From the NCBI GenBank assembly GCA_016874935.1, contig VGSS01000001.1, forward strand, positions 21,823 through 85,822: a DNA stretch of 64,000 nt. The letters are read 5' to 3'. Numbering within the stretch: the first letter of the stretch is position 1; each line of letters opens with the position of its first letter. A program made the position numbers and the translations under genes. Below, one piece after another: positions 19,657 to 29,814 of this stretch. This DNA comes from Deltaproteobacteria bacterium. Its GTDB lineage: Bacteria; Desulfobacterota; BSN033; UBA1163. Under the pieces are notes generated by a model. The model ran no database searches. It worked only from the letters and a program-made list of their open reading frames with translations, and was not told the DNA's origin.

Positions 19657-20655
19657 TTACCCCCAGTACTCCCTCTTATACTTCCTGTAAAACTCGACCG
19701 TCTTTCGAAGGCCTTCTTCAAGAGAGATCTTGGGCGTCCATCCCACGACTTTTCTGGCTTTGGAAATGTCCGCATAATAATCTCCTGGTTCAACCTCTTT
19801 CCGCTCTTTTGTAAATTCGGTGAAGGCCGCCTTCCCCGAGCCGGCGACTTCCACAATCTTCTTGGCCAGATCGATGAAGCTGATGGGAACGCCTGTCCCT
19901 ACATTAAAGACCTCTCCAAAAGCTGTCGGACAAGCAGCTACTTGAAGAAAACAGCCAACAAGATCATCCACATAAAGAAAATCTCTTAAAATATGACCAT
20001 CACCAAAAACGGGAATCAACTCATCATCGATCGCCTTCCGAATAAACCAGTTGAGCACACCATACTCATCGTGGGCCATCTGGTGCCGGGGTCCATAGGT
20101 GTTTGTAATCCTGAGACAGGTCCCGGAGATCTTGTGGACATCGTCGTAGACCAGAACCATCTTTTCCGCAGAGAGATTGGTCACTGCATAGATGCCTTTG
20201 GGATTGGTAGGATGGTCTTCAGCCACGGGAAGTTTTACACTGGCTCCGTATTCCCCTCTTGTCCCAGAAAAGATGACCTTCACCTCCCGGTTATGTTTTC
20301 GACAGGATTCGAGAAGGACGAGCGTTCCCCGGCAGTTGATGTCCAGATCCTGGATGGGGTTCCGGATGCTATCCACATGGTTCACCTGACCGGCCAGATG
20401 AAAGATGAAATCCTGATCTTTCACCAGATAGTCCATCGAATGTTCATCCCGGACATCGCTGAAGTTGATCTGAATGTGATCCATGATCTCCTTCACATTG
20501 AAAAGGTTCCCTCCCAAACGCGGCATCATATTATCGACAATCGTCACCCGTGCTCCCAACTCCACCAACCGCATGGAGAGATTCGATCCGATGAAACCCA
20601 ACCCCCCTGTCACCAGTACCCTCTTTCCTTGAAAGGCTTCCTCATAAGGAGTCAT
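19657..20655 (-). CDS. NAD-dependent epimerase/dehydratase family protein (nucleotide-sugar SDR)
   Basis: VLVTGGLGFIGSNL Rossmann motif and YxxxK. Start chosen at MTPYEE to minimise overlap with the upstream GT2. Confidence 0.85.
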   Translation of the reverse strand: MTPYEEAFQGKRVLVTGGLGFIGSNLSMRLVELGARVTIVDNMMPRLGGNLFNVKEIMDHIQINFSDVRDEHSMDYLVKDQDFIFHLAGQVNHVDSIRNPIQDLDINCRGTLVLLESCRKHNREVKVIFSGTRGEYGASVKLPVAEDHPTNPKGIYAVTNLSAEKMVLVYDDVHKISGTCLRITNTYGPRHQMAHDEYGVLNWFIRKAIDDELIPVFGDGHILRDFLYVDDLVGCFLQVAACPTAFGEVFNVGTGVPISFIDLAKKIVEVAGSGKAAFTEFTKERKEVEPGDYYADISKARKVVGWTPKISLEEGLRKTVEFYRKYKREYWG

Positions 20656-21484
20656 CTTCTCTCTCCTTTTCCGAAATACTGATCTCCCGGAGCTTGGCAT
20701 ATTTGATAAAGACATAAAACATCGTCGAAACGATGATGATCAATCCGGGCAACCCATCCCGGAAACCTGACTTTAAAAGGTATTCCTTGATAAAACGAAA
20801 AGGAGGGTGAAAGAGGAGTTTGAAAAAGCTGAATTTCTCTCCCCTCTGAGCCATATCTTCAGCTGCAATCCGGGAGTATTTATCGATCGTCTGAATCTGA
20901 TCGGAGATATCCCGATAAGTATAATGGAGATACTTGTTCTTTAATACGGAAACTTTCCCACCAACCAAAATCTTGGCATGAAGCCCACCTTCCCACCTCC
21001 CTTTATCCCTTCGATAGAGGCGGATTTCACCGTCCGGATACCATCCCCCATACCGAATCCACTTTCCAAGATAGTAGGTCCGGCGATAGACAAAAAAACC
21101 ATCCACGCCCTCAGCGCTGTCCTTTAACATCCTTCCAATCTCTTCAACCAACTCCAGAGGGACCTCTTCATCGGCGTCAACGAACATGACCCATTCTCTC
21201 GTCGTCAGGTCGGCCGCATACTGATACTGATCGCGATGGCCCTGAAACTCTTTCCGATAGAGTTTGTCCGTATAGCGCTGGCAGACTTCATAAGTTCCGT
21301 CCGTGCTCCCGGAATCAACGACCACCAACTCCTCTGCCCAATCAAGACTCTTAAGACACTGCTCAATGGTGCGACGATTGTTAAAGGTCAGAACGTAGAC
21401 AGAAATGGGAAGTTTACCCCCCGTCCTTCGTCCCTCGTCCCTCGCTCTTCGCCCCCCATTGATCGTCCTTAGTTCATCGTTCAT
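20642..21484 (-). CDS. Family 2 glycosyltransferase (LPS core-type, short form)
   Basis: ISVYVLTFNN...VVVDSGSTDGT and DADE motifs. Confidence 0.75.
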   Translation of the reverse strand: MNDELRTINGGRRARDEGRRTGGKLPISVYVLTFNNRRTIEQCLKSLDWAEELVVVDSGSTDGTYEVCQRYTDKLYRKEFQGHRDQYQYAADLTTREWVMFVDADEEVPLELVEEIGRMLKDSAEGVDGFFVYRRTYYLGKWIRYGGWYPDGEIRLYRRDKGRWEGGLHAKILVGGKVSVLKNKYLHYTYRDISDQIQTIDKYSRIAAEDMAQRGEKFSFFKLLFHPPFRFIKEYLLKSGFRDGLPGLIIIVSTMFYVFIKYAKLREISISEKEREDDSL

Positions 21485-21489
21485 CGTTC

Positions 21490-22557
21490 CTATTGACGCC
21501 CCTCCAATTTCTTACTGACGACCTCTTCCACCTCATCCACGGAAATCAGTTCCATGCACCGGTGGTCAGTAGGGCAGACTCTTTTTAAGCACGGGCTACA
21601 TGGAACGTCTCTTTTCACGACCACATGGCCATCTCCCCAGGGTCCTGTGGCAACTGGATCCGTTGAGCCGAAGATGGCCACAACCGGAGTCCCCACTGCC
21701 GAAGCCATATGCATCGTTCCGGTATCATTTGTCACCAAAAGGCAGCACCGTTCCAGAAGAGCGGCCAGTTGAAGGAGACGGGTCTTTCCCGTAAAATCGA
21801 CTCCTCCGCCCCCTAAATTCTTCAAGATTCGTTCAGCCATGCCCCGCTCTTCCTCTCTCCCGAAAATAAGTGCAGTCGCTTTCCATTTATTGGAAAGCCT
21901 TTCCCCCAGTTCGGCAAATCGATCGGGGGGCCAGCATTTGGCCAACCCGTATGCGGCTCCCGGATTAATGCCAATGATAGGCCTCCCATCCAGAAGACCC
22001 AATTCATCAAGTTTCTTTTTAGCCCACTCTCGCTCCTCCTCGCCAAGAAAGAGTCGGGGGGAAGGAATGCTTCCCAAATGCCCCAAAGGCTCCATCAGCC
22101 TTCGATAATAATGGACACGATGAAGACGAAGAACCTCTCCCTTCCGCTCAATTTCATGCGTGAGAAAGGGGGACCGCCCCTCATCCTGATAACCAATCCG
22201 AATCGGAATCCCGGCCAGATAGATCTGAAATGCTGAACGGAAAGACCTGGGGAAAATAATGGCCAGATCGAACTTCCTCTTCTTCATAGAGCGGCTGACC
22301 TGCACATCTTCCCAGATGGATCCAATCCCACTCTTCTTTTTAAAAGGAATTATTTCATCCACACAGGGAAATGTCTTCCATAGATCAACGAGATGATTTG
22401 GAACAAGGACGGTCAGGCGAGAGTGAGGAAACAATTCTTTTACCCCCTGGACCGAGGGAAAGGTGAGGATTGTGTCCCCCACCCAGTTCACCCCTCGCAC
22501 TAAGATCCGGTTTATTTTGCTAAATTCTGGATCCAGAGTTTTATCTCTTATAAACAT
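21490..22557 (-). CDS. ADP-heptose:LPS heptosyltransferase (GT9; WaaF/WaaC-like)
   Basis: RILVRGVNWVGDTIL N-terminus and C-terminal GTMHMASAVGTPVVAIFG. Confidence 0.8.
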   Translation of the reverse strand: MFIRDKTLDPEFSKINRILVRGVNWVGDTILTFPSVQGVKELFPHSRLTVLVPNHLVDLWKTFPCVDEIIPFKKKSGIGSIWEDVQVSRSMKKRKFDLAIIFPRSFRSAFQIYLAGIPIRIGYQDEGRSPFLTHEIERKGEVLRLHRVHYYRRLMEPLGHLGSIPSPRLFLGEEEREWAKKKLDELGLLDGRPIIGINPGAAYGLAKCWPPDRFAELGERLSNKWKATALIFGREEERGMAERILKNLGGGGVDFTGKTRLLQLAALLERCCLLVTNDTGTMHMASAVGTPVVAIFGSTDPVATGPWGDGHVVVKRDVPCSPCLKRVCPTDHRCMELISVDEVEEVVSKKLEGRQ

Positions 22558-22615
22558 AAAAAACTATTAAATTCACCCATCGAAGTCAATACCACCAACT
22601 AAAAAAGGGGAAAAA

Positions 22616-22684
22616 GGGGACAGGCTACTTTTTGATTTTTTCTTTTGCAATTTTTCTTCACATTTAAAAAGTAGCCTGTCCCCT
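22616..22684. repeat. REP doublet (inverted pair of the same REP as at the RAYT gene)
   Basis: ggggacaggctactttt ... aaaagtagcctgtcccc. The right arm encodes the last residues KRGQATF and the stop codon of the downstream GT9 gene. Confidence 0.7.
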
Positions 22685-23740
22685 TTTTTCTGCTAAAACC
22701 TCTCTTGTTGCCTTAAAAACGTCGTCAACTGCGATTTCCTTCAGGCACTTGAGCTCTTTGCAGGAGCGGTCACGGCACGGATTACATCCTACATTTTTAA
22801 TGACTTTTTTATGAGGTCCAAATGGCCCATTGATTACTGGATCGGTCGGACCATAAATGACCACTACGGGAATTCCCATCAAGGAGGCGACATGCATTGG
22901 ACCCGTATCTCCCCCAATATAGAGATCGCAGCGCCTGTATACCTCCCCCAATTGTGTGAGGGAGATGGTGTGGGGGCCGAGCACGGAAGATTCTTTCATC
23001 CTCCTCTGAATCATCTTTACCCATTCCAGTTCACCCGGACCCCAGGTGAAGAGCACCGTTGCCTTCAGTTCATGAACAAGCTGGTCTGCCAGTTGAGCGT
23101 ATTTATCGGGCAGCCACCTTTTATAGAGTGTCTTCGGGCTGGTTCCGGGATGGATCGCAATGGAAGGGCTCTTAAGCGGAGGGAAGAGTTGATTAAAAAA
23201 AGAATTCACATACCCCCGGTCCTCAGCCGGGATAAAGAGTGGATAATCCTCAGGCTGAACCTCTAAACCCATTCCCTTCAGGAGATAAAAATTTCTCTCA
23301 AATCGACTGATCCTCTCTTTCGGAAGCTTCACTTTCTTATTCGAAAACAGGAAATTTCCTTCCTTGCTCGACCTTCGATCATATCCGATCCGTTGAGGAG
23401 AACCGGAGAGAAAAGAGAGGAGGCCGCTCTTCAGAATACCGTGAAAATCGAGGACCAGATCAAATTTCTTCCTCCGGAGGGATTGAATAAATGTTCGAAC
23501 CTCTCCGATCGTCCTCCACCCTTTAAGAGCCCTGATTCCTTCGGACCACCTTTGTCTTGGAAAGAGGATAACCTCTTCAACTTCCGGCTGGCTTTCTACA
23601 AGGGCTTTCGAGGTTTCTTCAACAATCCAGGTGATGGAGGCGGATGGGAAGTTTTTCTTTATAGCCTTTACCGCAGGAAGCGTTCGGATCACATCCCCCA
23701 CGGCGCTTAGCCTCAAAACTAAAATTTTCTGATTATCCAT
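22664..23740 (-). CDS. ADP-heptose:LPS heptosyltransferase (GT9; WaaC/WaaF-like)
   Basis: KILVLRLSAVGDVIRTLPA and GDTGPMHVASLMGIPVVVIYG motifs. Probable start at MDNQKIL. Confidence 0.8.
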   Translation of the reverse strand: MDNQKILVLRLSAVGDVIRTLPAVKAIKKNFPSASITWIVEETSKALVESQPEVEEVILFPRQRWSEGIRALKGWRTIGEVRTFIQSLRRKKFDLVLDFHGILKSGLLSFLSGSPQRIGYDRRSSKEGNFLFSNKKVKLPKERISRFERNFYLLKGMGLEVQPEDYPLFIPAEDRGYVNSFFNQLFPPLKSPSIAIHPGTSPKTLYKRWLPDKYAQLADQLVHELKATVLFTWGPGELEWVKMIQRRMKESSVLGPHTISLTQLGEVYRRCDLYIGGDTGPMHVASLMGIPVVVIYGPTDPVINGPFGPHKKVIKNVGCNPCRDRSCKELKCLKEIAVDDVFKATREVLAEKRGQATF

Positions 23741-23910
23741 TACGAAAACATTATCCCATTCCCGTTTAATTTTCAATAGGAAAAACAATGAGATGCCCTA
23801 TCCCCTCGCCCCCTTTTTGCTGAAGCCCTGCTAATAGGCAGGTAGGTTGGAGGGGATTTAAAGAAGTTATTTTTTATGTAACACAGAAATAGATGTTGTT
23901 TAGAATTGAG

Positions 23911-24318
23911 TCATAACTTTCCGGCGAGACAATTCAAATACTTCTCGGGAAGGCTTTTCGTTTTCCCATTAGAATCGACACATATATGCTGGGACTCTCC
24001 CTCAGCGATCACTTCCTCCCTGTCTTCACGGAGGACCTGGTACCCGAAAGTGATCATCCGTTTATTCAAGCGCTTTAGCCGGGTCCGGATGACAATGGTT
24101 TCGTCATATTTAGCGGAATTTCGGTATCTGCAATGGACATCGGAGACAACCAGTCGATACCCCAATGCCTCCAGGTCCGCATACCGGAATCCTTTTTTCC
24201 GACAAAACTCTGACCTTCCAACCTCAAACCAGACCAGGTAATTGGCATAATAGGCCACTCCCATCTGGTCCGTCTCGGCATATCTTACCCGAATCTCAAC
24301 ATCCACAACATCCTTCAT
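23911..24318 (-). CDS. YbgC/4HBT-family acyl-CoA thioesterase (hotdog fold)
   Basis: VRYAETDQMGVAYYANYLVWFEVGR motif. Probable start at MKDVVDVEI. Confidence 0.7.
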   Translation of the reverse strand: MKDVVDVEIRVRYAETDQMGVAYYANYLVWFEVGRSEFCRKKGFRYADLEALGYRLVVSDVHCRYRNSAKYDETIVIRTRLKRLNKRMITFGYQVLREDREEVIAEGESQHICVDSNGKTKSLPEKYLNCLAGKL

Positions 24319-24365
24319 CACAATATCTCTTTCGAATAGTCCTAATGACATTATATTTGAATGAT

Positions 24366-24392
24366 TTATAAACTGATTACTGATCACTGATT
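24366..24392. repeat. Heptanucleotide tandem repeat ACTGATY, about 3.5 copies
   Basis: actgatt actgatc actgatt actg, upstream of the thioesterase start. The same unit recurs at 51989-52035. Confidence 0.6.
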
Positions 24393-24448
24393 ACTGTCTC
24401 TTCTTTATAGTTTCCCTATCTCCCCATTACCCCATCTCCCCATACTTC

Positions 24449-25324
24449 CTATAGAGCTCTCAAATACTCAGGTCTCAGCAAGGCCGGATCCTTCTTCTTG
24501 AGGACTTCCCGGATCCGTCTTAAGGCCTCTTCTTTTTCCTCCGGGAGCTGGATGCGGAGGGGAAGGTAGTTTGAAGCGTGATTGGATGCAAAAAAGCAAC
24601 GGGTCATATGACTATTCTCTATCATTGTCTCAAGTTCCTGGATTAACCCAAAGGGCGTGGGCAGGATCAATTCCCCCGTCTCGATCTCGTGAGCAATCGG
24701 AGTCCCGGGAACAATCATCAGTGAAAGCGCTCCTACATAGTCGGGGTCCATCTCGGAAAGGACCTTTGCCGTATCTTTCGCATGAACCTGACTATGCTCC
24801 ACTCCTCCGATGCCCAGAATGACTGTGACGGAGAGGAGGATTCCGGATTCCTTTACTCTTTTCCCGGCACGAATCAGTTGTTCAATGGTGGCATTCTTCT
24901 TAATTCGTTTCAATACTTCTGGGTTCCCGGATTCCAACCCCAGATAGATGATTCCTAAACCTAATTCTTTAAGGGCTTCCAGTTCCTCTACACCCTTTCT
25001 AAGAATATCTTTTGCATTGGCGTAGATCCCAACTCTTTCGAGCCCTCTCCATTTTTCTTTTAGATAGGATAATACCCGGATGAGTTCTTTCTGGGGAATG
25101 ATCAGGGCATCTCCATCGGCCAGAAAGACCCTTTTGACCCGAGGAGAATAGGAACTGATTTCATCAATATCCTCCTTGATCTCCTCAAATCTTTTGATTC
25201 GGAAGGTCTTCTCCCGATAGGCTCCACAAAAGGTGCATCGGTTATAAGAACAGCCCACGGTCACCTGGAGGATCAGGCTCTCCGCCTCACTGGGTGGCCG
25301 GAAGATCATCCCTTCATATTTCAT
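24449..25324 (-). CDS. Radical SAM domain protein, function unknown
   Basis: CSYNRCTFCG (CxxxCxxC) cluster near the N-terminus, and glycine-rich SAM-binding motifs. Confidence 0.75.
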   Translation of the reverse strand: MKYEGMIFRPPSEAESLILQVTVGCSYNRCTFCGAYREKTFRIKRFEEIKEDIDEISSYSPRVKRVFLADGDALIIPQKELIRVLSYLKEKWRGLERVGIYANAKDILRKGVEELEALKELGLGIIYLGLESGNPEVLKRIKKNATIEQLIRAGKRVKESGILLSVTVILGIGGVEHSQVHAKDTAKVLSEMDPDYVGALSLMIVPGTPIAHEIETGELILPTPFGLIQELETMIENSHMTRCFFASNHASNYLPLRIQLPEEKEEALRRIREVLKKKDPALLRPEYLRAL

Positions 25325-25428
25325 TTCGAATACCTCTCGTATTCACGAATGACTCGAATGTAAACGAATGTCACGAGCTGAACAATCTCCATTTATGGTA
25401 ATATTAGTGTAATTCGTTATCATTTGTC

Positions 25429-25734
25429 TTATTCCTTTTTATCCTCCGGGAGATCGAACTGATAAATGATCTCTCCCTCTTTGACCATTCCAAGCTCCTT
25501 CCGGGCAATCTCCTCGATGTAGCGTTTTTCATATTGAAGCCGTCTCACCTCTTCCTTCAGCCTTTGGTTCTCCTCCTCCATTTTTATATTCATCTCTTTA
25601 ATCCTCGCCAATTCCTTCTGCAACCGGAGGAGGTGAAGGATTCCCTTATCTCCAAAGAAGGTAAAGAACCCGAAAATAAGGAGGAGGCAGAGGAGCAAAA
25701 GAAAGAGATGCTTCTTGCGCACGTTGATGGCCAT
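25429..25734 (-). CDS. ftsB: Septum formation initiator FtsB/DivIC-family protein
   Basis: Single N-terminal TM helix followed by a coiled coil (LRLQKELARIKEMNIKMEEENQRLKEEVRRLQ). Start taken at MAINVRKK. Confidence 0.65.
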   Translation of the reverse strand: MAINVRKKHLFLLLLCLLLIFGFFTFFGDKGILHLLRLQKELARIKEMNIKMEEENQRLKEEVRRLQYEKRYIEEIARKELGMVKEGEIIYQFDLPEDKKE

Positions 25735-25739
25735 GGGTC

Positions 25740-26573
25740 CTACTGAAGTTTGAATTTGATGGGGATCGTCCCCCACTGTTCCGATTGGGCCTGATCCCTT
25801 GGGAGAGGAGCAAATCGCCACTGTTTCAGGTACTGTCCCGCAATCCGTTCCAGCTCCGTCTCCCCTTTAAGGGCAGGGATGACCCGGTCCACCATCCCAT
25901 TCGGTAAAACCCAGATCGTCATCTCAATTTCCGCTTCCACCTTCACCTTGACTTGGGGAGGCGACGGCCTTTCTAAAATTTTTCGTGACACCAGGGGGCC
26001 CTTGATCCCCAGTTGAAGGTTCTCATCCAGAACTTTCTCTGGCAAGGGCTTCTCTTTGGCAACAAGGAGCATTCTCTCGGCAATCTTCTCGGCGGCTCTG
26101 TCTCTCATCTTCTCTATTTTAGAAGCCTCTTTGATCGATGGGACAGGAGGTTCCGGAAGCAACTGGTCCTCTTTCTTTCCTAAATATTCTTTTAATTCTC
26201 TTTCCAGTTCCTTAAACTCCGGAGTATTCCTGATAGCCTTCATCCTCTCTTCATCTGTGGCGGCTTCTATCTTTTTCGGTCTGGGATATTCAGGGGCAAG
26301 AGACCTCCAGTCCTGTTGCGCGCTCGCTTCCTCCATCTTCTTCAGGATCACTTCCTCCCGGATTCTCTTCTCTTCCAGGGGAACCTCATCCCTTCTTTTC
26401 AATCCCAGAGTCCTTCCGGCCTCTTTGGTCAGGGATCGCCATCCCTGTTCGAGAGTAAATTGCACCGAAGGGATAAAAAGGAACGCCCATACAAAAATCC
26501 CCACTGCAATGATCAGGAGGCCGATCAGCAAGAGGAGTCTTTTTTTTCGGACTCGCTTCATCTCTTTTTTCAT
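25740..26573 (-). CDS. TonB-family protein (TM anchor, Pro/Glu/Lys-rich linker, TonB C-terminal domain)
   Basis: C-terminal ...TIWVLPNGMVDRV.IPA.KGETELERIAGQYLKQWRFAP...IPIKF resembles the TonB C-terminal fold. Start taken at MKKEMKRV, abutting the TPR gene stop. Confidence 0.55.
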   Translation of the reverse strand: MKKEMKRVRKKRLLLLIGLLIIAVGIFVWAFLFIPSVQFTLEQGWRSLTKEAGRTLGLKRRDEVPLEEKRIREEVILKKMEEASAQQDWRSLAPEYPRPKKIEAATDEERMKAIRNTPEFKELERELKEYLGKKEDQLLPEPPVPSIKEASKIEKMRDRAAEKIAERMLLVAKEKPLPEKVLDENLQLGIKGPLVSRKILERPSPPQVKVKVEAEIEMTIWVLPNGMVDRVIPALKGETELERIAGQYLKQWRFAPLPRDQAQSEQWGTIPIKFKLQ

Positions 26574-29500
26574 TGACGGGTTGTTCCCTCCCGAATCTGA
26601 TCGAGCATCCTCCTGGCCAGCCGGCGTTTTTCTTCCCGGCTCGCCATCCCAAGGAGTTTCTGATAGACCTGCCTCGCCTCCGCCCATCTCTTCTCCTCCA
26701 TATAGAGCGCTCCCAATTTCAGCAGAGCTTCCTCCACCAGCTCCGAAAGATGAGGGTAGAGGTAGAGGATCTTTGAAAATTGGAGGATGGCTGCTTCCCT
26801 GTTTCCCGCCTCTGCATAAGCCTCTCCCAACTTGAACTGGGCCTGGCTGGAAATTCTTTCTTCGGGACTTCGCAAGGCGGTCGAGAAAGAGGTAATGGCA
26901 TCCTGAAATCTCTTAAGGGTGAGATGGATAAATCCCGCTCTCAAATAGGCTTCAAACCGGGCCTCATCGTGAGGAAATTTTTCGATAAACTCCTTCAAAA
27001 TCTTTTCCGCTTCGTCAACCTTTCCCAGATTCCGATAGGCCTCCTCCATCCCCAGGGCGCTTCTCTTCGCTGGCGGCATTTGAGGGTGGTTCTTCATCAC
27101 CCATTCGAATCGTTCCAGTGCCTTGGGGTAGGCCTTGAGAAGAAGATGGAGCTCCCCCGCTTCGAGATGGGCCTCGATCAGGAGATGGCTTTTCGGATGG
27201 TTTTTAATGAATCTCTCCATCTCGTCCGAAGCCTCCATCCATCGTTTCTCTGACTTCAAAAGGAGGGCGAGGCGAAATTGCGCCTCCCCTGCCCATTCGC
27301 TCTGAGGGTAGAGTCGAACCGCTTCCTGATAAGTTCTTAAAGCCCTCTCCGTCATCCGGGATTGTTGGTAATATTCTCCCAATTGCATCAGCGCCTGACC
27401 CGTTAGGGGATGTTGGGGATAGCGCTTCAGAAAAGCTTCCGCCCGGGAGATGAAGGGTTCATACCTCTTCTCCTGAAAAAGGGAGAGGAGGATTCCATAA
27501 TCAGCTTCCGGCGCCTCCTTTGATTTGCCATGCTCCCTGATCAGCTGTTGATAGGCCTGAATGGCATTCCCGTACTGTTTGAGATTATAGAAACCATCGC
27601 CTATTTTTAACAGCGAGGAGACGACGAAAGGGCTTTCGGGGTATTGCCGGATGAGCCGCTGGAACTCTTCGATGGCCTTTTGAAAATCCTTTTTCCGGAA
27701 GTGGGACCAACCCGTCCAGTATTGAGCTTCGTCACGATAGGAACTCGAGGGGAAAGCCTCCCTCAACCCTTGAAAATGATTCAATGCCTCATCGAACCGC
27801 TCCTCCCTGTAAGCGATCCATCCCAGAAGATAATAACCCTTCTCCTTCCCCTCTTCTTCAGGCGAGTGAATCAGGCTCATCAAATGGGTTTTTGCCTGAT
27901 CATAATTGTTCTGGTTTAAATAACACTGGCCGATCAAAAGGGAGATGGGAGGGGTGGATCGATGATGGGGAAATTCGGCCGCAATTTTGAGAAAGTAATG
28001 ATTGGCCTCCTTCCACTCCTTTCTCTGAAAATGGTGCCACCCCAGATTGGTCAATCCCATGGGGTAGAGGGCAGGATCTCCTTTTAATTGATCCACATAT
28101 CTGACGCCATTTCGGTAATCCTCTTTCAGCAGGTGGCTCTCCGCCAGCCAGTACAAGACCTCGTTCTTCTCCGGGTGGTCGGGAAATTCCCTGAGAAGCC
28201 TTTCCCAGTATCCGATGGCTTCACCGTAATTTTTCAATAAGAAATGACCATATCCCAGCCTCGAATAGACCCGTTCTTCAAAATGCGCTCTCCTCTTCGA
28301 CCACAACACCTGCCGATAGGCGCCGATGGCGCCGGCATAATCCTTCTGATTGAAAAGGGATTCCCCTAACATAAAGTAGGCCCATTCCTGAAGGTCATTC
28401 TCAGGAAACGTCCTCAGGAACTGTTGGAAGGTGACAACGGCGTGGAGATATTCTTTTTTCTTAAAGTGGTATCGCCCGATATCGAAGAGGCTCTGCTCGG
28501 TCCAGGGCGAGGGAAGAAACTGGGAGAGGAATCTCTGATAGAATTGAATCGCCTTTTCTATCTCATCACTCCCCAGGTAACTCCTCAAAATTCCCCAGAA
28601 GATGGGATCAGACAGTTTTGTGCGGGGGAAGTTCAAAAGGATCTCTTCGAACGTCTTCCTTCCCCCGGTATAATCTCCAAGAGAGACCTGGCTCCAGGCC
28701 AGGGCATATCGGCCGCTCTCCTCTAACGGATGTCTGGGGTAGCGCCTTAAAAAGTTTCTGAAAAGTGTAACGGCCTCTTCATACTTCTGGAGCCTGAAGG
28801 TGTTGACGCCCATCAGATACTCTGCCTCCGGTCGCCATATCCCTTCAGGATGTTTCTTGAGATGAGTGTCAATCTCCTTGATCGACTCTGAATATCGCCC
28901 CAGGTGGTAAAGGCAGTATCCCGACCAGAAGAGAGAGGACTGGGCAATGGAGAGAACGGGATTCTTTTCGTAAGCCAGACGGAAGAATCGACTTCCCTCC
29001 TCATAGACTCCCTTCATCAGTTGAATCCATCCGCAGGAATAGAGGGCATAAGGGGTGAATTCACTGTCGGGATATTCTTCGACCACTTTCTTAAATAAGG
29101 AGAAAGCTTCTTCTGCCTTTTCCTGATGAAACTTTGCCTCTCCCATCCAGTAGATCGCAGAGCCTTTCAATAAGCTCTCCGGGTGTTCATCGACCAACCG
29201 CCGAAAAAGTTGTAAGGCATCCTCATAATTCCCCTGGAGATAGTGATGTCTTCCCCTTTCGTAAAAGGCCCTATCTCCGCTGGTCATCCCTCTCGTGAGC
29301 CTGCTCGTGTAAGCACAGCCGGGTTGGGTGGTGGATGGGCTCATCTTCTTCATCGGCCCGATCTGGTCTTCTCTCAGATCGAACGAGCCTGCGGAGGGCT
29401 CCTCTTTAATCCCCTGGGCCGAAATGATGGGAAGAGAAACTTCTCTCTCTTCCGTCCATTTCGTCTCCTCTTTGCCTAAAAAAATAATTTCAGGCGCTCG

Positions 29501-29602
29501 AATCCGACCCCGGCTCTGATCCTGACCTTTGAGGATAGAGAAAGAGAAGGTTAGGGAGAGGAGAAGAAGGAGGCTGAGAATCTTCGCTAACTTATTGAAC
29601 AT
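26570..29602 (-). CDS. Large secreted tetratricopeptide-repeat protein (1010 aa)
   Basis: N-terminal signal peptide, then many TPR-like A/Y/W-rich 34-residue repeats (…AYxxxGxxYxxxxxYxxA…). Confidence 0.8.
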   Translation of the reverse strand: MFNKLAKILSLLLLLSLTFSFSILKGQDQSRGRIRAPEIIFLGKEETKWTEEREVSLPIISAQGIKEEPSAGSFDLREDQIGPMKKMSPSTTQPGCAYTSRLTRGMTSGDRAFYERGRHHYLQGNYEDALQLFRRLVDEHPESLLKGSAIYWMGEAKFHQEKAEEAFSLFKKVVEEYPDSEFTPYALYSCGWIQLMKGVYEEGSRFFRLAYEKNPVLSIAQSSLFWSGYCLYHLGRYSESIKEIDTHLKKHPEGIWRPEAEYLMGVNTFRLQKYEEAVTLFRNFLRRYPRHPLEESGRYALAWSQVSLGDYTGGRKTFEEILLNFPRTKLSDPIFWGILRSYLGSDEIEKAIQFYQRFLSQFLPSPWTEQSLFDIGRYHFKKKEYLHAVVTFQQFLRTFPENDLQEWAYFMLGESLFNQKDYAGAIGAYRQVLWSKRRAHFEERVYSRLGYGHFLLKNYGEAIGYWERLLREFPDHPEKNEVLYWLAESHLLKEDYRNGVRYVDQLKGDPALYPMGLTNLGWHHFQRKEWKEANHYFLKIAAEFPHHRSTPPISLLIGQCYLNQNNYDQAKTHLMSLIHSPEEEGKEKGYYLLGWIAYREERFDEALNHFQGLREAFPSSSYRDEAQYWTGWSHFRKKDFQKAIEEFQRLIRQYPESPFVVSSLLKIGDGFYNLKQYGNAIQAYQQLIREHGKSKEAPEADYGILLSLFQEKRYEPFISRAEAFLKRYPQHPLTGQALMQLGEYYQQSRMTERALRTYQEAVRLYPQSEWAGEAQFRLALLLKSEKRWMEASDEMERFIKNHPKSHLLIEAHLEAGELHLLLKAYPKALERFEWVMKNHPQMPPAKRSALGMEEAYRNLGKVDEAEKILKEFIEKFPHDEARFEAYLRAGFIHLTLKRFQDAITSFSTALRSPEERISSQAQFKLGEAYAEAGNREAAILQFSKILYLYPHLSELVEEALLKLGALYMEEKRWAEARQVYQKLLGMASREEKRRLARRMLDQIREGTTRQ

Positions 29603-29814
29603 GGCATCACTCTATTTTTTAACCTATCAGAAAGATTGAAGGATTGTCAACCCTTCGGTTCCTGTCGGCCAAAGATCGGAAGGCTTACTCAGGGTTGACC
29701 CTGAGCGCAATTTCATCTCTCTCACCTTCGTCTTTCCTATGTTGAGCAGGATTTCGATTTTGTCGAAGGGGCAAGAATTGACAAGCATTTTATGAATATG
29801 ATAACCTTTTTTTA

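Noticed and set aside
19533-19856. 107-aa minus-strand ORF overlapping the R2-like hairpin and the 3' end of the epimerase gene
   Set aside because: It is read through an intergenic palindromic repeat and overlaps a confident CDS; it is an artefact ORF.
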